Shown here: piece after piece, positions 28,146 through 37,316 of the stretch | How the letters are laid out: every line of letters starts with the position of its first letter | Position numbering within the stretch: the stretch's first letter is position 1 | Assembly (NCBI GenBank): GCA_019634415.1 | Contig: JAHQVJ010000214.1 | Coordinates: 38 to 64,037, forward strand | Length of the DNA: 64,000 nt | Direction of reading: 5' to 3' | DNA from: Myxococcales bacterium | Lineage (GTDB): Bacteria > Myxococcota_A > UBA796 > GCA-2862545 | Made by a program: the position numbers and the translations under genes | The notes under the pieces: generated by a model | The model's database searches: none | The model's input: the letters and a program-made list of their open reading frames with translations, nothing else | What the model was told of the DNA's origin: nothing

Positions 28146-30872
28146 TCAGGGGCCGGAGTGCACCGTGACCGAGACGGAGGCCTCGGACAAGGCACTGTAC
28201 AGCGCCTCGGGGCCCGACGCCGTGCGTGTGTGGGCCTTCGCGCAGTCCGCCGCCAGGGCGGCCACCTGCTCGGCACGCACGGCCGCCAGCGCCTTCGGCT
28301 CGTCGGCCAGCTGCTTCAGCGAGCCACCGCTCCGCAGCACCCACGAGGCCGTCGCGAAGGTAGCGTCGCGACCGTCGTACTGGCGGCGAAGGCGGTTGGC
28401 GGCGTTCAGCTTCGCGTAGGCCAGATCGGTGGCGTCGACGCCCTCCGACACCTCCTTCAGGATCTGCGTCCAGGTGTCGAGCACGAGGGGCACCTCCACG
28501 GGGTTTGCCAGCGTGGACAGGGTGAGCGAGGCCTCGGTGCCGGCAGGCTGGGTGAAGGCCCAGGCGCCGTAGGCCACGCCAGCCTCGTCTCGCAGCGCTG
28601 CCCAGGTGCGCTCCTGGAGTAGCGCGCGGAGCACCTGGCCCGCAGGACCCTGCTCCGTCGGGCAGAGCAAGCGCACCTGGGCCACGGAGGTGGTGGGGTT
28701 CGGCGCCAGCAACACCTCGTCCTGCCCAGCACCCGTGGCAGGGGTCGCCACACTCGGCAGCGACTCGTCCGAGCGGTCCTTCCAGTCGGAGAACCAGGAC
28801 GACGCCACGTTGGTGACCCGCTCGGGGTCCGTGGGCCCCACCACCAGCAGGATGGCGTTGGACGGCCTCCACTGCGCCTCGTGCCATGCGCGGATCTCCT
28901 TGCCACGCACGGCCCTGTAGGCATCCGCGTCGTGCCACGACACGTGCAGGCCCGGGTGGATCGACCGCTGTGCGGCCTCGTGCAGGGTGAGCCAGGGACG
29001 CTCCGTCAGGTACTCCTGGTAACGCTCCTCCCACTGCCGAGAGGGGCGGCGCTTGGACAGGTCGAGGCTGACGCGGTCGACCATGTCGCGGAGCAGGTAG
29101 AGCTGCCCGTCCAGGTTGCCGGAGCCGCCCGACAGCGACACCTCGACACCCATGCCGTCCAAGCGGGCGCGCCAGCTCCCCAGGAAGGTCGCGGGCGCCC
29201 TGTGGTTGCTGAAGCGCCCCTGTCGGTAGAACAGCTCGGTGGTGCGCCAGGACGAGCGCGCGAGCGCACTGCCGGGGGTCGCGAAGTGGCCGCCCGGGAG
29301 CAGCAGGCCCGTGCGGGCCATCGGCGCGCCAGGGGTCTGGATCGCCACGATGGTGAGGCCGTTCTCCAGCGTGTGCGCCCGGTGTCGGGCCAGGTCTGGA
29401 CTGGCGATCAGGGACGCCAGCCGTGCGGTGTCCGGGTCGGGAGGGGCCGGGCGCTCGGCGCCGGCGAGGGTGGACGTGCGCTCTCCCGACCAGCTGGCGC
29501 CGTACGCGCCGTTGGGTAGCAGCACCACCGAGGCCATGCGCTTCTTGGTGATCCAGCCGCGCAGCATGCGAGCCACCCGATCCGGATCCATGTGCGATAG
29601 CCAGCTCAGGCGATCCATCGTGGGGGTGCCCGAGCCCGTGACGTGGACGTGCTGAGCCATGTCGTGGGCACGAGAGATCAGCGAGCCGTTGCCGAAGCCG
29701 CCCTCGATCTGTCGGCGCTTGCTCGCGTAGAAGGTGTTCATCCCTCGATGGACGAGGAAGTCCAGGTCCAGGGTGGACATGTCGCCCAGGGCTTGCCGCA
29801 CGGCGGCCAGCGCGCGCTGGGGGCGCCTGCGGGTGTCCACGCTGATGGTGCAGCTGAGCAGGCTCGTGTCGGGCCTGGGCTGCAGCGTGCACCGCGTGGC
29901 GTTGGACAAGCCGTCCTCGGTGGGCATCTCGCCTACCTGCCTGGACAACAGGGACTGCAGCAGCGTGGCCGCGAAGGCCAGGGAGTAGTGGTCCCGGCGG
30001 TAGGATCCGGGCAGCGTCCAGGCCACCTGCACCACCGGCTCCTCCACGGGTGCCTGCACCTCGAGGGTGTCGGTGGTCTGGGGATCGGGCGGTAGGTGGG
30101 TGCGCTCTGGTGGCAGTCGTCGGGCACATCGGCCCTCGGTCCGGTCGGGACGTGACGGATCGACGAGCAGGCTGTGGGGGACCACCTCGCGGATCACGTC
30201 GCCGAGGGTGGAGACGTCGACGTCGCCCACCACCACCATGGTGGTCTGTGAGGGGCGCCAGTGGCGGCGCACGTAGCTCGCCAGGTCGGATAGCCCGATG
30301 GTGGCCACGGACTCGGTGGACTCGGTGATCTGAGCCAGGGGATCGTCGGGGGGCAGCGCGGCGCGAGCCACGTGGGGCACGTTCCCGAGGGGGCGACGCC
30401 ACACGCGCTCGTTCTCGAGCACCTGCTTCTCGTGCTCCATCATGGCCTCGTCCACACCCCGCAGGGGCATGACCATGCGCATGGTCTCGAGCTTGAGCAC
30501 GGAGTTGAGGGCCTGGGCGGGAGCCTCCACGTCGAAGCCCATCCAGTCCGCCGCGGTCTGGCCGTTGGACACCACGCCGAGGCGGTCGTGGTGGGCCTGC
30601 ACGGTGTGGCGCCCCACCTGGGTGTGGAACCACAGGTGCTCGGCCAGGTGCCCCACGCCCTCCTTGCCGCGCGTGGGGCGGTGGGTGTGCAGCGTGCGGA
30701 TGGCGACGAGCGGGCGGCTGGTGTCGGTCTGCGCCAGCACCCTCAGGCCCGAGGGGAAGCACAGATCGAGCACCTTGGCGGTGTTGTCCGTTTGGCGAAG
30801 GGCGAGATCGGGCTTCGTGGGACGCGCCAGGGCGTCGCCTATCCAGAGGGCTCCGACGAGCGACAACGACAT
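28146..30872 (-). CDS. secreted M16 (pitrilysin/insulinase) family zinc peptidase, fused two-half form
   Basis: It is 908 aa with a signal-like N-terminus (MSLSLVGALWIGDALA). It has the inverted zinc motif HxxEH (GHLAEHLWFH) and a downstream ENE region. GGAGGA precedes the ATG. Confidence 0.8.
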   Translation of the reverse strand: MSLSLVGALWIGDALARPTKPDLALRQTDNTAKVLDLCFPSGLRVLAQTDTSRPLVAIRTLHTHRPTRGKEGVGHLAEHLWFHTQVGRHTVQAHHDRLGVVSNGQTAADWMGFDVEAPAQALNSVLKLETMRMVMPLRGVDEAMMEHEKQVLENERVWRRPLGNVPHVARAALPPDDPLAQITESTESVATIGLSDLASYVRRHWRPSQTTMVVVGDVDVSTLGDVIREVVPHSLLVDPSRPDRTEGRCARRLPPERTHLPPDPQTTDTLEVQAPVEEPVVQVAWTLPGSYRRDHYSLAFAATLLQSLLSRQVGEMPTEDGLSNATRCTLQPRPDTSLLSCTISVDTRRRPQRALAAVRQALGDMSTLDLDFLVHRGMNTFYASKRRQIEGGFGNGSLISRAHDMAQHVHVTGSGTPTMDRLSWLSHMDPDRVARMLRGWITKKRMASVVLLPNGAYGASWSGERTSTLAGAERPAPPDPDTARLASLIASPDLARHRAHTLENGLTIVAIQTPGAPMARTGLLLPGGHFATPGSALARSSWRTTELFYRQGRFSNHRAPATFLGSWRARLDGMGVEVSLSGGSGNLDGQLYLLRDMVDRVSLDLSKRRPSRQWEERYQEYLTERPWLTLHEAAQRSIHPGLHVSWHDADAYRAVRGKEIRAWHEAQWRPSNAILLVVGPTDPERVTNVASSWFSDWKDRSDESLPSVATPATGAGQDEVLLAPNPTTSVAQVRLLCPTEQGPAGQVLRALLQERTWAALRDEAGVAYGAWAFTQPAGTEASLTLSTLANPVEVPLVLDTWTQILKEVSEGVDATDLAYAKLNAANRLRRQYDGRDATFATASWVLRSGGSLKQLADEPKALAAVRAEQVAALAADCAKAHTRTASGPEALYSALSEASVSVTVHSGP

Positions 30873-30947
30873 AGATCCTCCGAGGTCCTGGGACGGATGG
30901 CCCGCGCGGATCGGACAGCCGTCTTCAGTTCCTCGGAGAATACGGGA

Positions 30948-32342
30948 TCAGGCGGCCACGCCGTCGCCTTTGGCGTGCCCTGGGCCGTAGCGCATGATGT
31001 AGCCGATGAGCAGTGCTGAGGGCACGGCGAACAGGGCCGTGGTGAAGTAGAAGCCTGCCCAGCCCACGGTCTCGGCCAGCGGGCCCGAGGTGGTGGAGGC
31101 TGCGAGCTTGCAGAACAGCGAGTACGCCGAGCTGAACAGGGCGTACTGGGTGGCGGCGAACTCTCGCTCCGTCAGCGACGACAGGTAGGCCACGAACACG
31201 GTGCCGACGTAGCCAGCGGCCAGGTTGTCGGCGACCACCACGATCAGCAGAGCCCAGTTGGGTGGGGTGTTCACCACGGCAGTGACGTCGCCGTTGGCGG
31301 CCAGATCGAGGCCGGGCCCCGCAGCCAGGGCCAGCGCCGCGAAGGCGCCATTGGTGAGCAGCGTGATGACGGCCCCCACCAGCAGGGCGGGCATCAGCCG
31401 GAAGCGCACCGCCACGAAGCCGCCCAGGAAGCCGCCCGCCACGATGGGCCACGGACCGAAGACGCCCGTGATCAGGCCCACGGCTTCCTTGCTGTAGCCG
31501 AGGTCCGCGTAGAATGGGCTCGCCATCACGCCCATGGTGAAGTCCGACAGCCGGTAGATCGCCACCAGCGAGAGCACCGGCACCACCCACCGCCCGAAGC
31601 GGGCCACCACCTGCCAGAAGGGCTGCACGATGGCATCGCGGATCTGAAGGTACATCGGCGTGTCCGAGGCCACCTGGGGGCGCTCGGGCTCGCGGATCAG
31701 GAACACCATGCCGCCCACGAGCGTCATGGCGCCCGCCATCACGGTGTAGGCCACCAACCAGCTGAAGCGACTGGCGAGGATCAGTCCGACGCCCGCGAAC
31801 ATGATGGCCAGGCGGTACCCGAAGATGTAGACGGCTGCCATGTTGGCCTGCTCGTCGTTGGGTGCTGACTCGATGCGCCAGGCGTCCACGGCGATGTCGA
31901 GTGTGGCGCCTCCGTAGGCGAGCACGAAGGCGCCCACCAGCGTCTGGGTGAGGTTCACCTCGGGATCGGAGGTGGCGATGAGCAGTAGCCCGACGACCGT
32001 GCCGCTGATGGCGAGCAGCATCCAGCTGCGCCGCTGGCCCAGGGCCGCGGTGAGCACGGGCAGTCGCAGGCGGTCCACGAAGGGAGCCCAGAACACCTTG
32101 AGCGAGTAGGCCAGGCTCACGGCGTAGAAGCCGCCGATCACCGACCGGTCGACGCCCACCTCGCGCAGCCAGAACGACAGCTTCGAGAAGACCATCATGA
32201 GTGGAAGCCCGGAGGCGAAGCCGAGCACGAGCATCGCGGCCATGGACCACGACAAGTAGACGGCCACGAGCTCGGACCAGGAGGGGCGAGGAGGGTCGGA
32301 GGAGGTCACGGGGGATCCGGGGTCGGAGTCATGCGGGGGCAT
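30948..32342 (-). CDS. AmpG-family MFS transporter
   Basis: It has LGFASGLPL, KVFWAPFVDR and GQRRSWMLL blocks that match the AmpG N-terminal signature. It has about 12-14 hydrophobic helices. I prefer ATG 32342 over the track's TTG 32387. Confidence 0.75.
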   Translation of the reverse strand: MPPHDSDPGSPVTSSDPPRPSWSELVAVYLSWSMAAMLVLGFASGLPLMMVFSKLSFWLREVGVDRSVIGGFYAVSLAYSLKVFWAPFVDRLRLPVLTAALGQRRSWMLLAISGTVVGLLLIATSDPEVNLTQTLVGAFVLAYGGATLDIAVDAWRIESAPNDEQANMAAVYIFGYRLAIMFAGVGLILASRFSWLVAYTVMAGAMTLVGGMVFLIREPERPQVASDTPMYLQIRDAIVQPFWQVVARFGRWVVPVLSLVAIYRLSDFTMGVMASPFYADLGYSKEAVGLITGVFGPWPIVAGGFLGGFVAVRFRLMPALLVGAVITLLTNGAFAALALAAGPGLDLAANGDVTAVVNTPPNWALLIVVVADNLAAGYVGTVFVAYLSSLTEREFAATQYALFSSAYSLFCKLAASTTSGPLAETVGWAGFYFTTALFAVPSALLIGYIMRYGPGHAKGDGVAA

Positions 32343-32376
32343 CGATCCGCGTCGACGTCGCTGGACCCCATTTCCT

Positions 32377-33975
32377 TCAAGGGGCAAGGGGGCGCGGACG
32401 CCAGTGGATCGGACCTGGATCCACGCCCTGGGCCCGCAGCCAGGTCAGGCGCGTCTCGAAGGCGGCCCCCGCCATCAGGTTGGCCCCCACCACGGCCACC
32501 TGCCGGTTGTGTGGCTCGGCGAGGAAGGTGCCAGCGGTCCAGTCGTTGAAGGTGCCGATGCCCGGACCGCACCAGATTTGCAGATCCGTGCGGCGACTCT
32601 CCTCGCCCCCGATGGCCCAGCGGCTCGACAGGCCCAGGTACCAGCGGAACACGAGCGCCATCTTGTGCTTCGGATCGCCGGCTGCGCGCTCGAGCTGCGC
32701 CGGATCGCGCTCGGAGAAGAAGGCCACGCACCTCTCCCAGACCTCGTCGAAGCTCGCGCCCAGGATGCGCTGTTGCACTCGCTTGGCGTCGGCAGCTCCG
32801 ATCGCCTGAAGCGACGGGTGGGCGCGGTACAGCTCGTACAAGGTGGCCCCGCGCTGGGCGAACAGTGTGCCGCGCTTGAGCACCTGGACCTGCACGCCCC
32901 CCTCGAACATGTCCGACGCCGGCGCCATCGCCACGTCCGCCATCGAGGCTTCGGCCAGCATCCGCCGCACCAGATCGGAGGTGCCGGCCTCCACGCAGGC
33001 CTGGTGCACGGTGCCCACGAGCACGTAGGCTGCTCCCATCGCGAAGGCACCTGCGGCGGCCCGTGGCGAGCCGATGCCGCCTGCCGCTCCCACCCGCACC
33101 CGATGACCCGTCTGTGAGGCCACTCGGTCGCGCAGGGCGCACAGCAGGGGCAGCAGCACCGGCAGGGGACGGTTGTCGGTGTGCCCGCCGCTGTCGGCCT
33201 CGGCGGTGAGGTCGTCGGCCATGGGCAGCGTGGCCGCCAGCTTGGCCTCGTTGTCGCTGATGCGCCCCGCCGACACCAGCTGCCGCAGGATCTCGGTGGG
33301 GGGTGGGCGCAGGAAGCGCTCCGCCACCTCGGGACGACTCACCTTCGCGAGGATGTGCGTCTTGGGTCGCACGCTGCCGTCGGCGGCGGCCTCGAGCCCC
33401 GAGGCTCGCAGCTGCACCACCATGGGGGTGAGCCCCATGTAGGCAGAGGTGCTCACCAGGCGCACACCGCGCTCGAGGTACAGCTCCACCGTGCGCTGCT
33501 CGTGCTCGGGCTCTGCGGGGCTGTGGATGAGGTTCGCCCCCCAGGGCAGGTCTCCCACCTCGCGCTGCAGCACGTCGAGGGCGTCGGCGATGCGGGGTAG
33601 CGACAGGCCCGCGGCCCCGAAGAACCCCACCATGCCGGCGCGCGCCAGGGCGATGGCGATGTCGGTGGAGCCGATCCCGTTGGCCATCGCGCCGCCCACG
33701 TAGGCCACGCGGACCCCTGTGGAGGCTCGGAACTGGGGGTCGCCGAGGTCGTGGGGCTCGAGGGCAGGCACGTGGGCGAGCAAGGGGATGGCTCCAGCGA
33801 CGCGCCCCAGGCGGGTCTCGCCGCCTCGGGCCACGGCGGGTCCGTCCGCGGTGTGCACCACGGCGAAGGGCTCGTCGAGCTGCTCGAGCGCTCGCACCAG
33901 GGCTGCGCGGCCGGGCTCGGGGGCCGAGTCGCCGGGCACCCAGGTGCCGAGGTGGCGGGAGGACGGCTGCTGCAT
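32377..33975 (-). CDS. PfaD-like trans-acting enoyl reductase (FMN, nitronate monooxygenase fold)
   Basis: I trimmed the 812-aa ORF to ATG 33975 (MQQPSSRHLGTWVPG; ATG 33999 is an alternative). It has VAYVGGAMANGIGS, GANLIHSP and ADSGGHTDNRP blocks typical of the PfaD family. The upstream 280 codons are low-complexity shadow. Confidence 0.85.
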   Translation of the reverse strand: MQQPSSRHLGTWVPGDSAPEPGRAALVRALEQLDEPFAVVHTADGPAVARGGETRLGRVAGAIPLLAHVPALEPHDLGDPQFRASTGVRVAYVGGAMANGIGSTDIAIALARAGMVGFFGAAGLSLPRIADALDVLQREVGDLPWGANLIHSPAEPEHEQRTVELYLERGVRLVSTSAYMGLTPMVVQLRASGLEAAADGSVRPKTHILAKVSRPEVAERFLRPPPTEILRQLVSAGRISDNEAKLAATLPMADDLTAEADSGGHTDNRPLPVLLPLLCALRDRVASQTGHRVRVGAAGGIGSPRAAAGAFAMGAAYVLVGTVHQACVEAGTSDLVRRMLAEASMADVAMAPASDMFEGGVQVQVLKRGTLFAQRGATLYELYRAHPSLQAIGAADAKRVQQRILGASFDEVWERCVAFFSERDPAQLERAAGDPKHKMALVFRWYLGLSSRWAIGGEESRRTDLQIWCGPGIGTFNDWTAGTFLAEPHNRQVAVVGANLMAGAAFETRLTWLRAQGVDPGPIHWRPRPLAP

Positions 33976-34075
33976 GGTGGGCCTCGGGCTGGGGCCCATA
34001 ACGGGTCGCCTCCGAGTGTGGACGGTCAACTGGTTGCCCGATGTGTCGATGGGAGAGCGGAGCGGGGGAGAGGGC

Positions 34076-34870
34076 ATGGGCTGGTTCAAGCAACGCAGCG
34101 GCAGCCGACCGAAGAAGAGGAAGAAGACCAAGGCGCCTCGCGCGGAAGCCGCGCCTCCGGAGGCACCGGAGGTCCCGAGCCTCGTGGTGGCGGTGCGACA
34201 GGAGGGGCAGGCGGTGGTGCTCTTCCAGAACCCTCCGTCGAGCTTCCGGGCGCGGCTCGTGGTGCTGTGCGAGCAGACGGTGACCCTTCGCCTGTACGAG
34301 GTGCCCGATCCCTTGCCTGGCCCTGGACAGGTCTGCTGCGTGCAGTACTTCCACGAGGGCGGCATCGCGGTGTTCCTCGCGCCCGCGGTGGCGCTGGACG
34401 AAGACGACGAGGGGATCTTCCTGACGGTGCAGCGCCCGTCGCAGGCCGTCGGACTCGACGGTCGCCGGGCTTTTCGGATCCCCGTCGCACAAGATGAGGA
34501 CGTCCGCTGGAACATCCGGACCGAGGGTGGCCAGTTGGTGTCGGGCTCGGTGGCCGACATCAGTCGCCTCGGGGCCCACGTGGTGAGCCCCCGAGCTCCT
34601 CGTCGCGCGGAGCCACCGCAGGTCGCCGTCGGCAGCGAGGTGACCCTCCAGCTGGAGCTCCACCATGCCTCGATGGACCAGCCGCTGCGCGCCGCGGTGG
34701 CCGCTCGCGTGGTGCGGCGGAGCGAGCAGGGCTGGGGGGTGGCGTTCGACTGCCCGGCCGAGGACGCCGCGCACCCGGATCTGTCGCGGCTGGTCTCGGA
34801 GGTGGAGCGCCGCATGCTGCGGCGTCAGCGCAGCACGCGGCCCACCTTCAGCCAGGTCAAGCGCGCCTGA
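34076..34870 (+). CDS. PilZ domain protein (YcgR-like two-domain layout) with polybasic N-terminus
   Basis: It starts at ATG 34076 after GGGGGAGAGGG (ATG 34049 is an alternative). It has PilZ motifs RxxxR (GRRAFRIP) and DxSxxG (ADISRLG). The N-terminus is MGWFKQRSGSRPKKRKKTK. Confidence 0.65.
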   Translation: MGWFKQRSGSRPKKRKKTKAPRAEAAPPEAPEVPSLVVAVRQEGQAVVLFQNPPSSFRARLVVLCEQTVTLRLYEVPDPLPGPGQVCCVQYFHEGGIAVFLAPAVALDEDDEGIFLTVQRPSQAVGLDGRRAFRIPVAQDEDVRWNIRTEGGQLVSGSVADISRLGAHVVSPRAPRRAEPPQVAVGSEVTLQLELHHASMDQPLRAAVAARVVRRSEQGWGVAFDCPAEDAAHPDLSRLVSEVERRMLRRQRSTRPTFSQVKRA

Positions 34871-36166
34871 TCAGCGGCCGTGCGCCTCGTCGCGTAGGTA
34901 CAGCCACACACCGCCCAGACCCACGGCACTCGCTGCCAGGAACACCGCCCACCCGAACCACGGGATCGCCGACAGGATCACCAGCGGCGCGAGGCCAGTG
35001 GCGAGGTTCCAGTAGGGGGAACGAGCCCGGGCCGGGCTGGCCCGCTTCAGGATGATCTCCCCCACCATCAGGGCCGCCATGAGCCGTGCGGCGTAGACGC
35101 CCAGGCCCCACAGCGAGATCCCGATGACGCCGAGCTGGAGCACCACGGCACCCAGGCCGAAGGGCAGCGCCACGGCGGACAGGCCGAGGAAGCCCGACAC
35201 GATGGGCACCACGATCAGCACGGCCGCACCGAGCACGAAGCTGATCACGGGCTGCTTGGCGGCGGTCTTGCCGGGCCCCTGCGCGAGCTTGCCCAGGGCG
35301 AGCAACATCAACGCACCCAGCGCGAACTGGGCCACGAAGTTCCCGATGATGCCGATCACCCGGTACAGCAGGTTCTGTAGGATGAACATGGGCCCACCCG
35401 GGGGCTCCTCTTCGCCGTCGTCCACCAGCGAGAACGCCACCTCTCCCGTGGTGGCCTCCTTCAGATCGGGCTGGGCCTCGGGCGCCACGTAGCGAACGTC
35501 GCCCGCGATGGCGGCCTTGTTGGTGATCTGGGCTCGCCCGAAGTTCAGCTTGGCGTCGCCGCCGATGGTGTTGCCCAGCTTCATCTCGGCGGCGCGCAGC
35601 GACACGCTGCCCGTCACGGGTCCGTTCAGCGTGAGGTTCTGCGACGCGGCGATCACGGTGCCGCCGATGCTGCCGTCCCCAGTGACCACGACCTCCTGGC
35701 CCATGGCGTACAGGTCGCCCCCCACGGGTGCGTCCACCCGCACGTTCATGCCCATGGCGACCACGTCGCCGTCGACGGGCTCGCTGATGGTGACCTGTCG
35801 GCCCAGGAGGAACGCGTTGTCGCCCACGTTGCCGGTCACCCGCAGATCGTCGCCCGTGGCGAACACGTCGCCCGGCGCCTCCTCGATCTCCACCCGGTTG
35901 CTGGCCTCGAAGGTGGCCAGCGCTGGCATGGGGGCGGCCTCCTGCACGACCTCGGGGACCTCGACAGGCGCGTCGTCGGCCATGGGATCACCCTCGGCAC
36001 CGTCCTCCGAGTCGGCCTCGGATCCCTCCTCGTCGGTGGGCACCGCCTCGTCGCCCGCCTCGTTGGCGTCGACGTCCTCCGCGGCCGCGTCCTCGTCGGC
36101 CTCGTTGGGAATGGGAGTGGCTGATGATGAGGGAGCGAGCGTCAACATCAACGCGATGAGGGACAT
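34871..36166 (-). CDS. bactofilin-like (polymer-forming cytoskeletal repeat) protein with acidic linker and C-terminal polytopic membrane domain
   Basis: I trimmed the start to ATG 36166 (MSLIALMLTLAPSSSA). An acidic stretch is followed by repeated G-D/N-V...V.V.G segments (TGNVGDNAFLLGRQVTI..VDGDVVAMGMNVRVDAPVGGDLYAMG...). Four to five hydrophobic helices follow. Confidence 0.5.
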   Translation of the reverse strand: MSLIALMLTLAPSSSATPIPNEADEDAAAEDVDANEAGDEAVPTDEEGSEADSEDGAEGDPMADDAPVEVPEVVQEAAPMPALATFEASNRVEIEEAPGDVFATGDDLRVTGNVGDNAFLLGRQVTISEPVDGDVVAMGMNVRVDAPVGGDLYAMGQEVVVTGDGSIGGTVIAASQNLTLNGPVTGSVSLRAAEMKLGNTIGGDAKLNFGRAQITNKAAIAGDVRYVAPEAQPDLKEATTGEVAFSLVDDGEEEPPGGPMFILQNLLYRVIGIIGNFVAQFALGALMLLALGKLAQGPGKTAAKQPVISFVLGAAVLIVVPIVSGFLGLSAVALPFGLGAVVLQLGVIGISLWGLGVYAARLMAALMVGEIILKRASPARARSPYWNLATGLAPLVILSAIPWFGWAVFLAASAVGLGGVWLYLRDEAHGR

Positions 36167-36251
36167 GGGGCTCTCCGTTTGTCTGCGGCACACTCTACGA
36201 CGGGCGCCGTCGCTGTGTGGGTCGGCTAGAGTGCGGAGCGGAGGTCTGCGG

Positions 36252-37316
36252 ATGCGAACGGGTCCCTGGATACTGCCGATCGGCGTCATGGTGGGGGCCT
36301 GTGCCGGGTCCGACGGTGGCGCCACCGATCGGCAGCCCGACGATCGGTCCACGGTGCCGGTGCTCGATTCGGCCACGCCTCGGGATTGTGTCGACGGTGA
36401 GCTGGTGGGAGAGCTGCCCATCATGGTCGCGGGCACCACGGTGGGATCCGCCAACGACGTGGCGGGGGCGTGCGGCGGAGTGCGCGCCGAGGACGCGGGC
36501 TACCGGTTCGTGGCGCCCTTCGACGCGGGCTTCGTGTTCGAGGCCACCTCCGACGACTTCGACGTGGTGCTGTACGCCCAGGACGGATGTCGGGGGAGCG
36601 GCCTGGGCTGTGTGGATCTCACCTCGCCGGGGGAGGGGAGCGCCACCGAGTCGCTGCTCGTGCCCATGACGGCGGGACAAGAGCTGGTGGTGCAGGTGGA
36701 CGGATTCGATCACCTGCCGATCGGGCAGCCAGAGTCGGGCACCTTCGAGCTCACGGTTCGGGAGGCGCCGCTCACGGAGCAGGTCTGCGACGACGGGATC
36801 GACGACGACCTGGACATGCTGCTGGACTGTCGGGATCCGGACTGTGCATCGCTGCCGCTGTGCATCGAGGACTGCACCGATCAGCTCGACAACGACTTCG
36901 ACGGAGCGGTGGACTGCTGGGACGCGGACTGCGCGGGCGACGCCTGGTGCGTGGACGTCTGCCCCCGCTCCGATCTCACCAAGGTGCCAGGCACACTGAC
37001 GGACAGCACCTTCGGTCTACCCGATCAGGTCACGCCGCCGAAGGAGTGCGCCGAGAGCCGCGCCTCGGACTTCAGCCTGTCGTTCACGGCGCCCGAGGAC
37101 GGGGTGTACACCTTCCACACCGTGGGATCCGACTTCGACACCGTGCTCTTGGTCTTCGACACGTGCGGTGGCACGGTGCTGGCCTGCAACGACGATGCGC
37201 AGGGGCTGATGCGCAACTCGCTGGTGTCTGTGGACCTCGTCGCCGATCAGACCGTGATCCTGGTGGTGGACGGCTACGACCTGTCGGACGGCACCTTCGT
37301 GCTCAACGTCCAGTGA
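36252..37316 (+). CDS. lipoprotein with two PPC-like beta-sandwich repeats flanking a Cys/Asp-rich metal-binding-like repeat
   Basis: It starts at ATG 36252 after GGAGG and has a lipobox (MVGACAG). There is an internal duplication (F.AP.D.G..F....DFD.VL.....C....L.C.D ... VDG(F/Y)D ... G.F.L.V). The central CDDGIDDDLD..DCRDPDC..CIEDCTDQLDNDFDGAVDCWDADC resembles myxobacterial Cys-rich repeats. Confidence 0.6.
   Translation: MRTGPWILPIGVMVGACAGSDGGATDRQPDDRSTVPVLDSATPRDCVDGELVGELPIMVAGTTVGSANDVAGACGGVRAEDAGYRFVAPFDAGFVFEATSDDFDVVLYAQDGCRGSGLGCVDLTSPGEGSATESLLVPMTAGQELVVQVDGFDHLPIGQPESGTFELTVREAPLTEQVCDDGIDDDLDMLLDCRDPDCASLPLCIEDCTDQLDNDFDGAVDCWDADCAGDAWCVDVCPRSDLTKVPGTLTDSTFGLPDQVTPPKECAESRASDFSLSFTAPEDGVYTFHTVGSDFDTVLLVFDTCGGTVLACNDDAQGLMRNSLVSVDLVADQTVILVVDGYDLSDGTFVLNVQ

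Noticed and set aside
27241-30762. 1173-aa minus-strand ORF
   Set aside because: It is an alternative frame over the M16 peptidase gene and the synthase 5' end. It has no motifs and extreme Arg/Pro/Gly content. The 28146..30872 frame carries HxxEH.
32306-34815. 822-aa ORF and the N-terminal ~280 codons of the 812-aa ORF
   Set aside because: PfaD-type similarity begins only at MQQPSS (33975). The upstream extension is Ser/Arg/Thr-rich and would run antisense through the PilZ gene.
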